Shown here: one piece after another, positions 47,659 to 58,290 of the stretch | Numbering within the stretch: position 1 is the stretch's first letter | Layout: each line of letters opens with the position of its first letter | Assembly: GCA_963777315.1 (NCBI GenBank) | Contig: CAVZQC010000005.1 | Span: forward strand, 160,001 to 224,000 | Direction: 5' to 3' | Length of the DNA stretch: 64,000 nt | Origin: Vulcanimicrobiota bacterium | Lineage (GTDB): Bacteria; Vulcanimicrobiota; Vulcanimicrobiia; Vulcanimicrobiales; Vulcanimicrobiaceae | Made by a program: the position numbers and the translations under genes | Notes under the pieces: model-generated | Databases searched by the model: none | Told to the model about the DNA's origin: nothing | The model's input: only the letters and a program-made list of their open reading frames with translations

Positions 47659-48330
47659 ATGGCCGCCTTTATTCTGGACCTCGACGGTACGCTGGTCGAC
47701 ACCGTCTATCAGCACGTTTCCGCGTGGCACGCCGCCCTGCACAAGTGCGGATACGAGCTGCCGATGTGGCGCATCCATCGCAAAATCGGCATGAGCGGCG
47801 CGCTGCTGATGCAGGGCCTTGCGCTCGAGCTCGGACGCAGCGTCGACGACGCGACCGCCCAGCGACTGGAAAAAATTCATTCCGAAGAATTCGCGCGATC
47901 GTTACCGTCGGTTCGGCCGCTCAGCGGCGCGGCGGAGTTGCTCTCGGCCTTTGCTCGTAACGATGTGCCGTACGCCATCGCTACCAGCGGGCACCGCAGC
48001 GATGCCGATCCGCTCCTGCAGATGCTCGACATCGGCAAGGACGTTCCCGTCGTAACAAAGGAAGACGCGCAAAATCCCAAACCCGACCCGCAGCTCTTCC
48101 TCATCGCCGCGAAAAAGCTGCGCAGTTCCTCGCAAGCGACGATGGTCGTAGGAGACAGCGTGTGGGATATGCTGGCTGCCAGACGCGCGCATTTTTTAGG
48201 CGTAGGGCTGTTGACCGGCGGGTATGCCGAAAGCGAGATGACCGCGGCGGGCGCATACCGCGTGTTTTCCGACCCCGAGCAATTGCGCCATCATTTATAT
48301 GAAGTGGGCGTCAACGCAAAGGAGAACTGA
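47659..48330 (+). CDS. HAD family hydrolase
   Basis: DLDGTL, ATSG, KPDP, GDSVWD. Confidence 0.92.
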   Translation: MAAFILDLDGTLVDTVYQHVSAWHAALHKCGYELPMWRIHRKIGMSGALLMQGLALELGRSVDDATAQRLEKIHSEEFARSLPSVRPLSGAAELLSAFARNDVPYAIATSGHRSDADPLLQMLDIGKDVPVVTKEDAQNPKPDPQLFLIAAKKLRSSSQATMVVGDSVWDMLAARRAHFLGVGLLTGGYAESEMTAAGAYRVFSDPEQLRHHLYEVGVNAKEN

Positions 48331-48331
48331 A

Positions 48332-48574
48332 ATGGAACGCGAGCGGTACAGCGACGAGGACGCGGTAGAGCGCGAAATCGAAGAGCAAACGCAGTCGCCC
48401 GAACCAAGCGAAGATACCGAGTTCGAGCGTCGATCGGGGCCGGACGTCGCGCACGACGTGCAGCCGGATCGCGCTCGCGAGCGGGCCGAAGCCGTTTACG
48501 GCGAGACCGACACGGATCCGCGGCGAGAAGATCAGCCCAGCGCGCATCGAGCGACGCAAGACGAACACTTGTAA
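48332..48574 (+). CDS. Small highly acidic hydrophilic protein
   Basis: AAGGAG RBS; D/E/R-rich 80-aa ORF. Confidence 0.62.
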   Translation: MERERYSDEDAVEREIEEQTQSPEPSEDTEFERRSGPDVAHDVQPDRARERAEAVYGETDTDPRREDQPSAHRATQDEHL

Positions 48575-48581
48575 GCAGCGG

Positions 48582-49355
48582 TTACAGCCGCCAGCCTAAA
48601 CCGAAACCGTAATAATGGTTGCGCGAGCGATCGGTGATCGTCCGGCCTGCTTCGACGTCGACTTCAATTTGCGGCGCAGGCTCGTATTGCAGCCCGGCAT
48701 CCAACCCGAACAGAGCGCCGCCGTCCGGCCGGGTCTTACTTTGCGCGAAAGCTTCAGCGTACGTTTGCGCGCGCGAACTGAACTGATCGGTCAACACCAG
48801 CGACGGAAGAAGCGTCGTTCCGGCAAAGCCGCGCTCAACGCCCACGGTGGTGGCAATGCCGATTGCCGCCGACAGTGAGCGCGCATAGTCTGCGTTGAGC
48901 GTTTCGGTGGGCTTTCCCGCGCTGAGCGGGGCCGCTCCGGTGGGGACGGTATACAGCGCGTCCACCGCGAGCGCTCCGCGTTCGTCGTGCGCGATCTCCC
49001 ACTTTGCGCCGACTCCCGAATCAAAAAATCCGCTGGCCGGCGCGCCGGCGTCACGGCCGAGCTGGTACGCCGGTCCGATCAGGTCGACTTCGACGGACTG
49101 CGCGATGCCCAAGCGCAGAAAGCCTTGCGGATACTGTACCGCCGGCGCATCGCCGGACTGGTTGGCAAAACCCAGTTCGATAAGCGCTTCCCGCGGCTTG
49201 ACAGCGCAAGCGCTGTAGCCGACGGTAGGCCGATTGATCGCCGCGAGCAGATTGGTGCGTCCCTGCGTCGCGCAGCTGTCCGCGGCAGGCGTGGGTGATG
49301 GAGTCGGAGCGGTCACCGCCGCTGCGGCCAACACGAGGACGGCTGCTGCGTGCAC
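48582..49355 (-). CDS. Putative outer-membrane beta-barrel (MetA-pathway/transporter-like)
   Basis: Signal peptide, NRPT motif, amphipathic strands, YYGFGLGWRL C-terminus. Confidence 0.7.
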   Translation of the reverse strand: MHAAAVLVLAAAAVTAPTPSPTPAADSCATQGRTNLLAAINRPTVGYSACAVKPREALIELGFANQSGDAPAVQYPQGFLRLGIAQSVEVDLIGPAYQLGRDAGAPASGFFDSGVGAKWEIAHDERGALAVDALYTVPTGAAPLSAGKPTETLNADYARSLSAAIGIATTVGVERGFAGTTLLPSLVLTDQFSSRAQTYAEAFAQSKTRPDGGALFGLDAGLQYEPAPQIEVDVEAGRTITDRSRNHYYGFGLGWRL

Positions 49356-49436
49356 GATGCCAAATTGCCGCCGCAGGCAGGGTCGAACCTGCCCCTAAGG
49401 CAATCAGTCCGGCGCTTTTGGAGGTTGTAGTTTCCT

Positions 49437-50234
49437 GTGAAGATCGTCGTCACCGTGAAGTTGGTTCCCGACACCAATGCGGTCAAGCGTATCGATCCCG
49501 CGACCAAACGCTTGGTGCGCACGGGTCTGGAAACGGTGCTCAACCCGTTCGACGAGTACGCGATCGAAGCCGCGCTGCAGCTCAAAGAGCAGCTCGGCGG
49601 CGATACGACCGTGACGATTTTCACCATGACGCCCGAAAACGGCAGAGAAAAAGAAACGATCCGCAAAGCGCTGGCGATGGGAGCCGACGACGCGGTGATG
49701 CTTACGGATGCGCCGCTCGAGGGCAGCGACGTGTGGGCGACCGCGTACGTGATGGCGCATGCGCTCAAAAAGGCCGGCTTCGATTTGCTCATCTGCGGCG
49801 GTTTGGCGGACGACGGCAACAGCGGCGGCGTTCCTACCGCACTGGCGGAATACTTGCGCGTGCCGGGATTGACCAACGTGCGAAAAATCGAACGAGCGGG
49901 CGACGGCAGCATTCGCGCTCAGCGCGAGACCGACAGCGGCTATCAAGTCGTTACCGCGCCGCTGCCCGCGCTCATCACGGTAACCATGGCGGTGGGTGAA
50001 CCGCGGTACGCATCGCTCAAAGGCATCATGGGGGCCAAGAAAAAGACGATCGCCGCCATGGCGCTCGGCGAACTGGGCGTCGACAAACCCCTGGGTTCGG
50101 ATGGAGCCAAGACCGAAGTGCTGCACGTTTCGGCTCCCAAGCCGCGCGAGAAAGCGCGCGTGGTGGAAGCGCCCGACGGCACAACCGGCGCAAAGGCGAT
50201 TTTCGAATTTCTGCGCGAGAAGAAGCTGGTCTAA
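49437..50234 (+). CDS. etfB: Electron transfer flavoprotein beta subunit
   Basis: VKLVPD, NPFDEYAIE, ALAMGAD, EPRYASLKGIM.AKKK. Confidence 0.95.
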   Translation: MKIVVTVKLVPDTNAVKRIDPATKRLVRTGLETVLNPFDEYAIEAALQLKEQLGGDTTVTIFTMTPENGREKETIRKALAMGADDAVMLTDAPLEGSDVWATAYVMAHALKKAGFDLLICGGLADDGNSGGVPTALAEYLRVPGLTNVRKIERAGDGSIRAQRETDSGYQVVTAPLPALITVTMAVGEPRYASLKGIMGAKKKTIAAMALGELGVDKPLGSDGAKTEVLHVSAPKPREKARVVEAPDGTTGAKAIFEFLREKKLV

Positions 50235-51217
50235 TGCGCCACGTTATCGTCTACGTCGAGCACAAGAGCGGCCTGACCCGAAAAGTCACATTCGAGCTGG
50301 CGACGCAAGCCCGAAAAATTGCCGACGCATTGGGCGGCAAAGCCCACGCGGTCGTCTTGGGCCAAGGTGCGGTAAAGTTGGCCGAACAGCTCAAAGCGTA
50401 TCCGCTCGACGCGATCCACGTCAGCGACGATCCGGACGTCGACAAGTACTTGCTCGATCCGGTCGTCGATTATTTGGAATCCGTCGCTCGCAGTACCGGG
50501 CCGGCGCTGCTCTTGATTCCCAATACGATGCAGGGACGCGACGTCGCCGGACGGATGGTTGCGCGCCTGGATGCCGGTCTGAACTCCGATCTGACCGACT
50601 TCGATCTCGCGGATGGAAAAGCGATCGGCATCGGGCCCAAACTGCAGGGCTCGAGCACCGTGGCCGCAGGTTACAAAAATACCGATTACGGCGTCGCGAC
50701 GATTCGGCCCAATGCTTTTGCGGCACAAGCCGGCGGACCGGGGGCGCAAATCGTGCGCCTTGAAAAGCCGGCGGACCGGCGGTATGCGATGGTCATCGAG
50801 AACGAGGTGGAAGAAGCCTCGGGGGAAATCGGGCTTGAGGAGGCATCCGTCGTGGTCAGCGGCGGACGCGGCTTGGGCGGCCCGGAGCCGTTCACCGCCT
50901 TGCTCAAACCGCTTGCCGATGCGCTGGGCGGCGCGGTCGGCGCTTCGCGTGCGGCGGCGGACGCCGGCTGGGTACCCTACAGCCTGCAGATCGGGCAAAC
51001 GGGCAAAGTCGTCAGTCCGCCCCTGTACATCGCGGTCGGCATCTCGGGCGCGATCCAGCACAAAGTCGGCATGCAGTCGGCAGGCACCATTATTGCGGTC
51101 AACCGCGACGCCGGCGTCCCGATCGGCGAGTTTGCCGACCTGCTGGTCGTGGGCGACCTGTTCCAAATCGTGCCCGCGCTCACGGGCATGGTGCAGGAAG
51201 CCAAAACCCACGCGTGA
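50234..51217 (+). CDS. etfA: Electron transfer flavoprotein alpha subunit
   Basis: VVSGGRGLG, GASRAA.DAGW, QIGQTGK, GISGAIQH. Confidence 0.95.
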   Translation: MRHVIVYVEHKSGLTRKVTFELATQARKIADALGGKAHAVVLGQGAVKLAEQLKAYPLDAIHVSDDPDVDKYLLDPVVDYLESVARSTGPALLLIPNTMQGRDVAGRMVARLDAGLNSDLTDFDLADGKAIGIGPKLQGSSTVAAGYKNTDYGVATIRPNAFAAQAGGPGAQIVRLEKPADRRYAMVIENEVEEASGEIGLEEASVVVSGGRGLGGPEPFTALLKPLADALGGAVGASRAAADAGWVPYSLQIGQTGKVVSPPLYIAVGISGAIQHKVGMQSAGTIIAVNRDAGVPIGEFADLLVVGDLFQIVPALTGMVQEAKTHA

Positions 51218-51270
51218 CAATCGACCACCGCCGCACGTTGCGTAACTACCCTCTCTAAAGGACAATTGCT

Positions 51271-52788
51271 TTGAAACGTATCCTCTTGCCCGCGTTCCTG
51301 GCAGCGGCGGCTTGCTGTGCGCTGGCATTCTCGACGGCGCCCGGTATCGCCAGACCGAAACCTACGCCGACCGCGTCGGCTTCGCCGGCTCCGCTGCCGA
51401 CTGCGACGCCGGAACCGCCCAACATCGCCATCCCGCGTTTGGAGCAAAAGCTTAAAGAAAATCCTAACGACCGCCAAGCCATGGCGGATCTGGCGGGGCA
51501 GTTCATAGGCATCGGGCATCCCGAAGCCGCCGTGCCGCTCACGCAGCGTTTGCTGCAGCTCGGCACCAAGACCGCGCAGGTGTACTATCTGGACGGCTCG
51601 GCACAGGCGGCGCTCGGCAATGCAAACGCGGCCATCGCCGATTTGGAGAGTGCGTCCAACGTCGAACCGACCAATTTGGCGGTGCTCGCGACGCTGGCGG
51701 ATCTGTACGTCAAGGCCGGTAGAACGCAGGATGCCGAACGGATCGCCAACCGCGCCGTGACGTTCAACAAAGACGATCCCAAGGCGTACGAAACGCTGGG
51801 CGGCGTCTACGCGTCCGAGCAAAAGTGGGACCTCGCGCGCGCGCAAATGGAGAAAGCGTACTCGCTCAATCCCAAGGACGTCAGCCCGCTCATGCAAGAA
51901 GCGCAGACGTGGGTCGCGCAGAACACGATTCCGAACGCGCTGACCGTGATCGATCGCGCCCTGGCCGTCGATCCCAAAAACGTGCAAGTGCTGCTGGCGC
52001 GCGCCGATCTCTACGCCAAGCAGAACGACGTTCCCAAATCCGCGTCCGCGTTCGACGACGCGGTGGCCGCTGCAGGCAACGACGGAGAAAAAGCGTCGGT
52101 GTTGGTGCAGAAGGCGCTCATGTACGCCGCGGCTCGGCAAGGTGCACAAGCGCAAGCGACGTTTGCCGCGGCCATCAAGCAATACCCGCTGATTTCATCC
52201 CTGCATACCGCGTACGGCCAGTACTATCTTACGCAGCACGATCGCAACCATGCCGAACAAGAGTTCCTCGCTGCACTCAGAAGCGATCGCACCGACGTGA
52301 ACGCGCTGTACGACATGGCGGGCATCAAACAATCCGAGGGCCGCACCAGCGACGCGATTTCGTATCTCAAACGTCTGAGCCAGGTTGCGCCCAGTGCGCG
52401 GACGTATGGGCTGCTCGGGCAGGCATACGTGTCGGCGCACGACTACGCCAAAGCCCGCGACGCGTGCGGCAAGGCGTTCCAAATGGAGCGCAGTCCCGAC
52501 CCTCTGGGCTGCGTCGCCGGATCCGATTACAGCCTGAAAAACTACAAGGAAGCGGCGAAAATCTTCGACGTGCTGGATCGCGACGTGCGGCCCTTCATGG
52601 ATCACAACGCGCAGCTGTTGTACATGATGGCCGACTCGTACGCGCACACCAATCAGAAGCCCAAGGCGATCGCGGCGTACAAACGTTTGCTCAAGCTGAT
52701 GAAGCCCGGCACCAAGACGTACAAGCAGATTCAGGCGCAGATTGCCGATTTGACCTCCAAATCGGCCAAGAAGACCAAACACGACTGA
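51271..52788 (+). CDS. Secreted TPR-repeat protein
   Basis: Signal peptide, PT linker, multiple TPR-like 34-aa repeats. Confidence 0.88.
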   Translation: MKRILLPAFLAAAACCALAFSTAPGIARPKPTPTASASPAPLPTATPEPPNIAIPRLEQKLKENPNDRQAMADLAGQFIGIGHPEAAVPLTQRLLQLGTKTAQVYYLDGSAQAALGNANAAIADLESASNVEPTNLAVLATLADLYVKAGRTQDAERIANRAVTFNKDDPKAYETLGGVYASEQKWDLARAQMEKAYSLNPKDVSPLMQEAQTWVAQNTIPNALTVIDRALAVDPKNVQVLLARADLYAKQNDVPKSASAFDDAVAAAGNDGEKASVLVQKALMYAAARQGAQAQATFAAAIKQYPLISSLHTAYGQYYLTQHDRNHAEQEFLAALRSDRTDVNALYDMAGIKQSEGRTSDAISYLKRLSQVAPSARTYGLLGQAYVSAHDYAKARDACGKAFQMERSPDPLGCVAGSDYSLKNYKEAAKIFDVLDRDVRPFMDHNAQLLYMMADSYAHTNQKPKAIAAYKRLLKLMKPGTKTYKQIQAQIADLTSKSAKKTKHD

Positions 52789-52797
52789 ACTGCCGCG

Positions 52798-53808
52798 ATG
52801 ATCGTCGTTTGGGATCCGCTCTACGGCGATCATCTCCGCGGCATCCCGCACCCCGAATCGCCCGATCGCGTCGAGGCGGTCGCGGAGTTTCTGCGCCGGC
52901 GCGGCGACCTGCGAAGCGCTTTACCGGCGCGCGACGCAACGCGTGCGGAGATCGAACGCGTTCACGGGGGCGATTACGTCGATCTCGTCGAGCGTGAAAC
53001 TGCCGGCTTGCACGAGCGCGCGGCGTATCTGTCCACCGGAGATACCGCAGTCGATGAACGTTCGCTGGCCGTTGCTCGGCGAGCCGCGGGAGGCGCGATA
53101 GTTGCCGCGCAGGCCGCGATGGAAGGCAACACCGCCGCATTCGCCGCCGTGCGGCCGCCCGGGCATCATGCCGAATCGACGCGCGGCATGGGGTTTTGCG
53201 TGTTCAACAACGCGGCCATTGCGGCGCGCGCGATGCAGGCGCAAACCGGTGCGCGCACGCTGATCGTCGATTTCGATTACCACCACGGCAACGGCACGCA
53301 GGCCGCAAGCGGCCGAGGCCTGTCGTACGTTTCCACGCACGCGTATCCGGCATATCCCGGCACCGGTGGACCCGATGAGACGTACCTGCTCGGCAAAGGC
53401 GACGCCGTGGTCAATCTGCCGCTGCCGGCGCACCGGTTGGGGACCGAAGCGTTCGTGGCGGCTTGGCAACAGCTCTTGCCGCGCGTGGCAAGGCACGTTC
53501 GTCCCGACGTGCTGATCGTCAGCGCGGGTTTCGACTACGTCGCGGGCGACCCGGTCGGCGACCTCGGAGTCGACGTGTCGGCAGCAGCTCAGCTCGCGGC
53601 GACGATTGCAGCGGTCGCCGGCGAATATTGCGATGGGCGCGTAGCGTACGTGCTCGAAGGCGGTTACGATGTTAGCGCGCTTGCACAGTCGATTGCGCTG
53701 ATCGTCGACGTGCACGATGCGCACGCCCTCGGACACAACGCCGAAACGGCCGCCATCCCGGCGACGCAGCAAGCGATCCTTTCGCGAATCGCCGGCGTGT
53801 TAAGCTGA
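52798..53808 (+). CDS. Histone deacetylase family protein
   Basis: HPESPDR, RPPGHHA, GFCVFNN, DFDYHHGNGT, SAGFD, LEGGY. Confidence 0.95.
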   Translation: MIVVWDPLYGDHLRGIPHPESPDRVEAVAEFLRRRGDLRSALPARDATRAEIERVHGGDYVDLVERETAGLHERAAYLSTGDTAVDERSLAVARRAAGGAIVAAQAAMEGNTAAFAAVRPPGHHAESTRGMGFCVFNNAAIAARAMQAQTGARTLIVDFDYHHGNGTQAASGRGLSYVSTHAYPAYPGTGGPDETYLLGKGDAVVNLPLPAHRLGTEAFVAAWQQLLPRVARHVRPDVLIVSAGFDYVAGDPVGDLGVDVSAAAQLAATIAAVAGEYCDGRVAYVLEGGYDVSALAQSIALIVDVHDAHALGHNAETAAIPATQQAILSRIAGVLS

Positions 53809-53829
53809 ACGCGAGAAAAGCCGACTACG

Positions 53830-55023
53830 TTAGCGAACGAAATGGCGAACGATCAGCCATCGCACCATCGTTTCGGGATAACCCACGTATCGAACGGGCA
53901 GCGTCTGCCGATCTTCATATCCGGTGCGGGATTCGGTAAGCAAATGTCCCGCGTTCGGGAACGTGACGATCGTCAGATCGGGCTCGCCGGACTGCTTGAA
54001 CGCCGCGCGAAGGCGCGCTGCGCTTCGCGCCGCATCGACGTTTTTGTCCAGCGCGCCGAAGAGCGCGAGCGTAGGCGTGCGAAGCTGCTGCAGCATCGCA
54101 GCGGGATCGTAGATCAGCGCAGCCCGAAGCCCGGCGAGCATCGCGGGCGGCGGCGGAATGGGCATGCCGGGCGGAATCCGCATATAGGAGAACCACGGCT
54201 GCGTCCGAGCGGAAGCCAGCGCTTGCGCGGCGGCGCCCCAGTTGTCGTCGTTCTTCACCGAAGCGAACATCGTTTGCTCGAAGGCGAGGGCCTGTGCGAT
54301 CTGCTTGGGCGTGAAGTCACCGCCTTCGCGCAACGACTGTCGGATTTCATAAAGGACGTTTTCGGTGATGCTCCCGCTGGGCGTGCTCTTGAGGATCAGA
54401 AAGGCCAACGGAAACCGGCTTGCAACGATGGGAGCGACCCAACCGCCGTTGCTCGCCGCCCAGGCGCCGGTCCGCCGCGCGTCGACTTGCGGCTGCGCTT
54501 TGACCAGCTGCAGCAATGCCACGACGTCGTCCGCTTTTGATTGCGGGCTCGTGTAGCGCCAGTTTCCTTCGGAGACGCCGGTGCCGCGCTGATCGTACGT
54601 GACGACGTTAAGCCCGTTGCCCACGAAGTACGGAATCAAAAAACCCATCTGCCGCGTTGAATCGTCGGCTCCTTGAATCAGCACGACCGTCGCGCGACGG
54701 CGCGCGCCGGCAGCGTACCAGAGCGACCCGCCGAACCGCTGCGCACCGTTTCCGAGAACGAAACGCCGTTCATGAACGCGAACGGATGGCGCGCCGAGGT
54801 CGAACGTCAATGCCGGCGAGTCCGCTGTCCGGTAGACGTCGCCCGCAACGTGCGCGAGCGTGCCCAAGCGCCGCGTTCGGGCATCATAATACTGCACCGT
54901 CGGGCTATCCGGCGGTTCGGCGTCGACGCCGACGTACACTGCGCTGCCCGCGTTCCGATAGACCGCCAAGATATCGGGAACCGGGCTCGCCAGAGCGAAC
55001 GCTAAACACACCTGCGTAAGCAT
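53830..55023 (-). CDS. Secreted alpha/beta hydrolase
   Basis: YDQRGTG, AASNGG nucleophile elbow, G.LD.NV, NAGH. Confidence 0.85.
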   Translation of the reverse strand: MLTQVCLAFALASPVPDILAVYRNAGSAVYVGVDAEPPDSPTVQYYDARTRRLGTLAHVAGDVYRTADSPALTFDLGAPSVRVHERRFVLGNGAQRFGGSLWYAAGARRRATVVLIQGADDSTRQMGFLIPYFVGNGLNVVTYDQRGTGVSEGNWRYTSPQSKADDVVALLQLVKAQPQVDARRTGAWAASNGGWVAPIVASRFPLAFLILKSTPSGSITENVLYEIRQSLREGGDFTPKQIAQALAFEQTMFASVKNDDNWGAAAQALASARTQPWFSYMRIPPGMPIPPPPAMLAGLRAALIYDPAAMLQQLRTPTLALFGALDKNVDAARSAARLRAAFKQSGEPDLTIVTFPNAGHLLTESRTGYEDRQTLPVRYVGYPETMVRWLIVRHFVR

Positions 55024-55081
55024 TATCCCTCCTGCGTCGCTCGCGAGTTCAAGCGCTCTGCCGCCACCGTCGTGCGCGCAG

Positions 55082-56113
55082 TTAACGCGTTACCGAAGAC
55101 GCGATGCGCACCATCTCATCGCGCGCGATCTCTCCCACCATCGCGAAATGCAAGTCGCCTTGCGCCCAAGCTAGCAGCGTGGTCGGTCCGTCCAGCACGT
55201 ATTGGGCGGGGTACGATCGTATTTTGGTTTGATGCACGGTGTAGCGCGCCAAGTCGACTGCCGCGCCGCGCGCGTTCTCGAAGATGGACACCGTGCGCAG
55301 TCCGTCCGAGTACAGCAGATGCAGCGTGCGCACGCCTTTGATGTCGCTCACGTCGCCGGCAACGGGGAGAAAACCCTCGGGCAGATATCGCGGCCCAAGC
55401 GCTTGGAATCCAGCGGTGCGCACGACGGCTTGCAGATCGTTGGACGGTATGCCGTGCCCCGTTCCCTCCACGCGTTTGTACCCCGTCCCGGGGACGGAAA
55501 AAAGATCTCCCGGCAGCGCGTCCGCATACCGGATGTTTTCAAACCGCATTTGATGCGATACCGAACCCGAAGGCGAGTACCGTTCTTTTTGCAGCACCAG
55601 GTTGGTCTGCGCGTCGACGGAGATGCGCATGACGGTTTCGCCCGTATACTTATTGGCCAGCAGCACCGAGTGCGCGCGCCTTCCCGCAACGCTGTCGTCG
55701 GGCCCCATCACGGCGCGGTAGTTGTGCAGCAATAAGTCGAAGTTGTCGTCTTCGGCCACTTGGTCGTCGATCGCGTCGTCTTTGATGACGATGATCCGGT
55801 GCCGGTGCGGATCGATGTCGTAACTGGTGTCGCCGTGGCTGATGATGGAGTCGCCGTACAGCGACTCGGGCGCCAGATACCAGCGCCGTGTCATGTCCGG
55901 TGCGCGGTGTTCGATGCGAAAGAGCACTGCGTCGGCGTGATTCGTCCCGAAGTCCACGTTTTGCACTTGACCGACGTAGGAGTACTTGGAATACGCCGAA
56001 ACCGCGTCGCGCAGCAGCTGCTCGGCGTTTTGCGCACCGGCATGTGAGGCTGTGCCGGCCAGGACGGCCGTCAGTGACAGCGCTGCGCTAATCGTTCCGC
56101 TAAGGATTCGCAT
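55082..56113 (-). CDS. RseB/MucB-like periplasmic sigma-E regulator
   Basis: Signal peptide; YLPEGF, HLLYSDGLRTVSIFE, VGEI. Confidence 0.85.
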   Translation of the reverse strand: MRILSGTISAALSLTAVLAGTASHAGAQNAEQLLRDAVSAYSKYSYVGQVQNVDFGTNHADAVLFRIEHRAPDMTRRWYLAPESLYGDSIISHGDTSYDIDPHRHRIIVIKDDAIDDQVAEDDNFDLLLHNYRAVMGPDDSVAGRRAHSVLLANKYTGETVMRISVDAQTNLVLQKERYSPSGSVSHQMRFENIRYADALPGDLFSVPGTGYKRVEGTGHGIPSNDLQAVVRTAGFQALGPRYLPEGFLPVAGDVSDIKGVRTLHLLYSDGLRTVSIFENARGAAVDLARYTVHQTKIRSYPAQYVLDGPTTLLAWAQGDLHFAMVGEIARDEMVRIASSVTR

Positions 56114-56624
56114 CGGCCGTATACGATGCGGCTTCCACGTTTACGGCTGTTTGCTGCGTATCGCCCGTCGCGGCGTTTTCGAGATCGACCGGATTGACCG
56201 AATTGCGGTCGTTGAACGGAACGGTGCTGTTGAGCGCGGCGTGATCCTGCAGGTAGTACGATGCTTCGATGACCGGCGCGCCGTGCGGTCCCAGGTACGC
56301 CGTGCCGAAATACGCCGCCAGCGCGACGGCCGCCGCAATGGGCAGCGCGAACGCAGGCCGCAGCCACGCCGTCAGCCTGCTCGAAGCCGAAGGCGGCGCC
56401 GAGCGGATGCGGTTCCAGATCCCGGCCTTGAGCGTGGGCGGCAGCTCGCGTTCTTCCCGGGCCGCATAGGCGCGCAGCGTTTCGGTGAGCGCGGTTTCGG
56501 CGTGAAATTCTTTGCTGCAGTCCGGGCACGATTCGATGTGCGCGTAGACGGCCGCATCCTCGGACGGCCCGAGAGCTCCATGCAGGTAGTCGATGAGTGT
56601 TTCGGCGGTCAAATGCTGTGTCAT
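56100..56624 (-). CDS. Zinc-binding anti-sigma factor (HxxxCxxC)
   Basis: HIESCPDC plus a TM; coupled to the ECF sigma gene. Confidence 0.88.
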   Translation of the reverse strand: MTQHLTAETLIDYLHGALGPSEDAAVYAHIESCPDCSKEFHAETALTETLRAYAAREERELPPTLKAGIWNRIRSAPPSASSRLTAWLRPAFALPIAAAVALAAYFGTAYLGPHGAPVIEASYYLQDHAALNSTVPFNDRNSVNPVDLENAATGDTQQTAVNVEAASYTADANP

Positions 56625-57196
56625 TACTGTTGTTGTCTCTGTATCAAACGTCGTAGCAACGCTCGCGCGCGGTGGAGTCTGGAGCGGACGGTTCCGATCG
56701 AGCATCCCATGATCTCGGCAATCTCCTGGTAGCTGTACTCCTCGATGTCCGCCAAAATAACGACCTGTCGCTGTTCCGAGGAGAGCTGTTCGAGCGATCG
56801 CGCGAGCGGCTCGCTGAGTTGGCTCTCCACGTAGTCCTCTATCGGTGAGCTGGCCAGCGGCTTTTGGCCGCCGAAGTCCTGAGGCGCGTTGTCCTCGGGG
56901 ATCTCTTCCTGGTAACGTCCTTTTTTGCGCCGAAGTTCGTCCCGGTACAGATTCGTTACGATCCGGTAGATCCAGGACAGGAACGAGGTGCCCGGTTGGA
57001 AGCTGCGCCAGGCGCGGTACACCCGGATGAACGCCTCTTGGGTCAGGTCGCGGGCATCCGCCTCGTTATGGGTCAGGCGGTAGGCGAAATTATAGGTCGC
57101 CTTGCCGTAGTGCTCGATCGCACGCTCCAAAAAGGCAGCCTGCTCCGCGGACGGCGGCTCTATCGGATGGCGCGGCACTCCCATTGCCGATGGCAT
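56624..57196 (-). CDS. ECF sigma factor (RpoE-like)
   Basis: DLTQEAFIR, F.SWIYRI..N, SYQEIA...GTVRSRLHRAR. Confidence 0.95.
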   Translation of the reverse strand: MPSAMGVPRHPIEPPSAEQAAFLERAIEHYGKATYNFAYRLTHNEADARDLTQEAFIRVYRAWRSFQPGTSFLSWIYRIVTNLYRDELRRKKGRYQEEIPEDNAPQDFGGQKPLASSPIEDYVESQLSEPLARSLEQLSSEQRQVVILADIEEYSYQEIAEIMGCSIGTVRSRLHRARALLRRLIQRQQQ

Positions 57197-57384
57197 TTCC
57201 CTCGCGGCAATTCAACGCCTGGAAAGCCTGCGCATGAGGCGGAATCCCCGTTCGCGCATACCCCGACCGGCCCCAAGTCAGGCCTGGTATGCCGTCGCCC
57301 GGGAAGCTGCCCGGCTGTTACCATTGAGAGCGAACAAGCAGCGGCGGGGGATTGCGTAATGCGAAGGATTGCCAAGGAGATGGT

Positions 57385-58290
57385 ATGGCTGCCGTAATGT
57401 CGGCGCCGCGCGCTTTTCGGCGTGTCACGTTCGGCCTGGCCGGACGCAGCCTAGCCGTCGACGTCGACGATGCCGCGGCGCTGCATGTTCTCGAGACGAC
57501 GTACGCGCGCGTTCGCGTGCCCGAGGCGAAAAGCGCCAATCACACCGCTTCGCTCCAGCGCTTGTCCGATGGAAGACTGCACGTACGCTTCGACCGCTGC
57601 GGACTGGCGGCCGGAGACGCGGCTGCCGGCGGTCCCAATGCGCCGCTCCTTTCCGCATACTATGCCGCCAAAGAGGTGTTCGCGCGATTTGCCGCCGCGC
57701 AGCCGTCCGCGGTTGCCTTTTACGGCGCCTTGGTGGCCATCGGCGGCGGCGCGGTGCTGATTCTCGGGCCCACCGCTATCGGCAAGACCGTCTTGTCGCT
57801 CAACCTGTCGGCTCTCGGAGCGACCTTTCTGGGCGATGAAACGGCCGTGCTGGACTTGCGCTCGGGGAACGTTTGCGCCCTCGCGCGCACGCCGGCGCTG
57901 CGCGAATCTGCGCTCGATTTCTTGCCGTCGATTGAAATGCGGGCGCGGGTGAGCGAAAGCGCCCACGTACTGCAAACCGAGCGCGGCCGGTTCTGGTACG
58001 CTTTGGGATCGCACGACCTGGCCGGAATCGCTCCCTCCGATCGCGCTTATCGCCTGCGAGCGGTTTGCGTCATACGCGAGCGCTCGCAAACCGGAGCGAT
58101 ACGTCGCATGGAAATCGCGCAAGCGCTGCCGGCGCTCATGCAGCGTGCCTATGCGCGTCCGTCGGAATTGACCGAACTGTCGCGGCTGCGCCGCGCAATG
58201 CGCAACGTAGCGGGTTTCGAGATGTCGCTTTCGCATCCGCGCGGCTGCGCGGCCGAGCTGTTCGAACAGGTTCGAACGTCATGCGCGTAA
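57385..58290 (+). CDS. HPr-kinase-related P-loop protein
   Basis: AVLILGPTAIGKT Walker A followed by FLGDE; AAGGAG RBS. Confidence 0.72.
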   Translation: MAAVMSAPRAFRRVTFGLAGRSLAVDVDDAAALHVLETTYARVRVPEAKSANHTASLQRLSDGRLHVRFDRCGLAAGDAAAGGPNAPLLSAYYAAKEVFARFAAAQPSAVAFYGALVAIGGGAVLILGPTAIGKTVLSLNLSALGATFLGDETAVLDLRSGNVCALARTPALRESALDFLPSIEMRARVSESAHVLQTERGRFWYALGSHDLAGIAPSDRAYRLRAVCVIRERSQTGAIRRMEIAQALPALMQRAYARPSELTELSRLRRAMRNVAGFEMSLSHPRGCAAELFEQVRTSCA

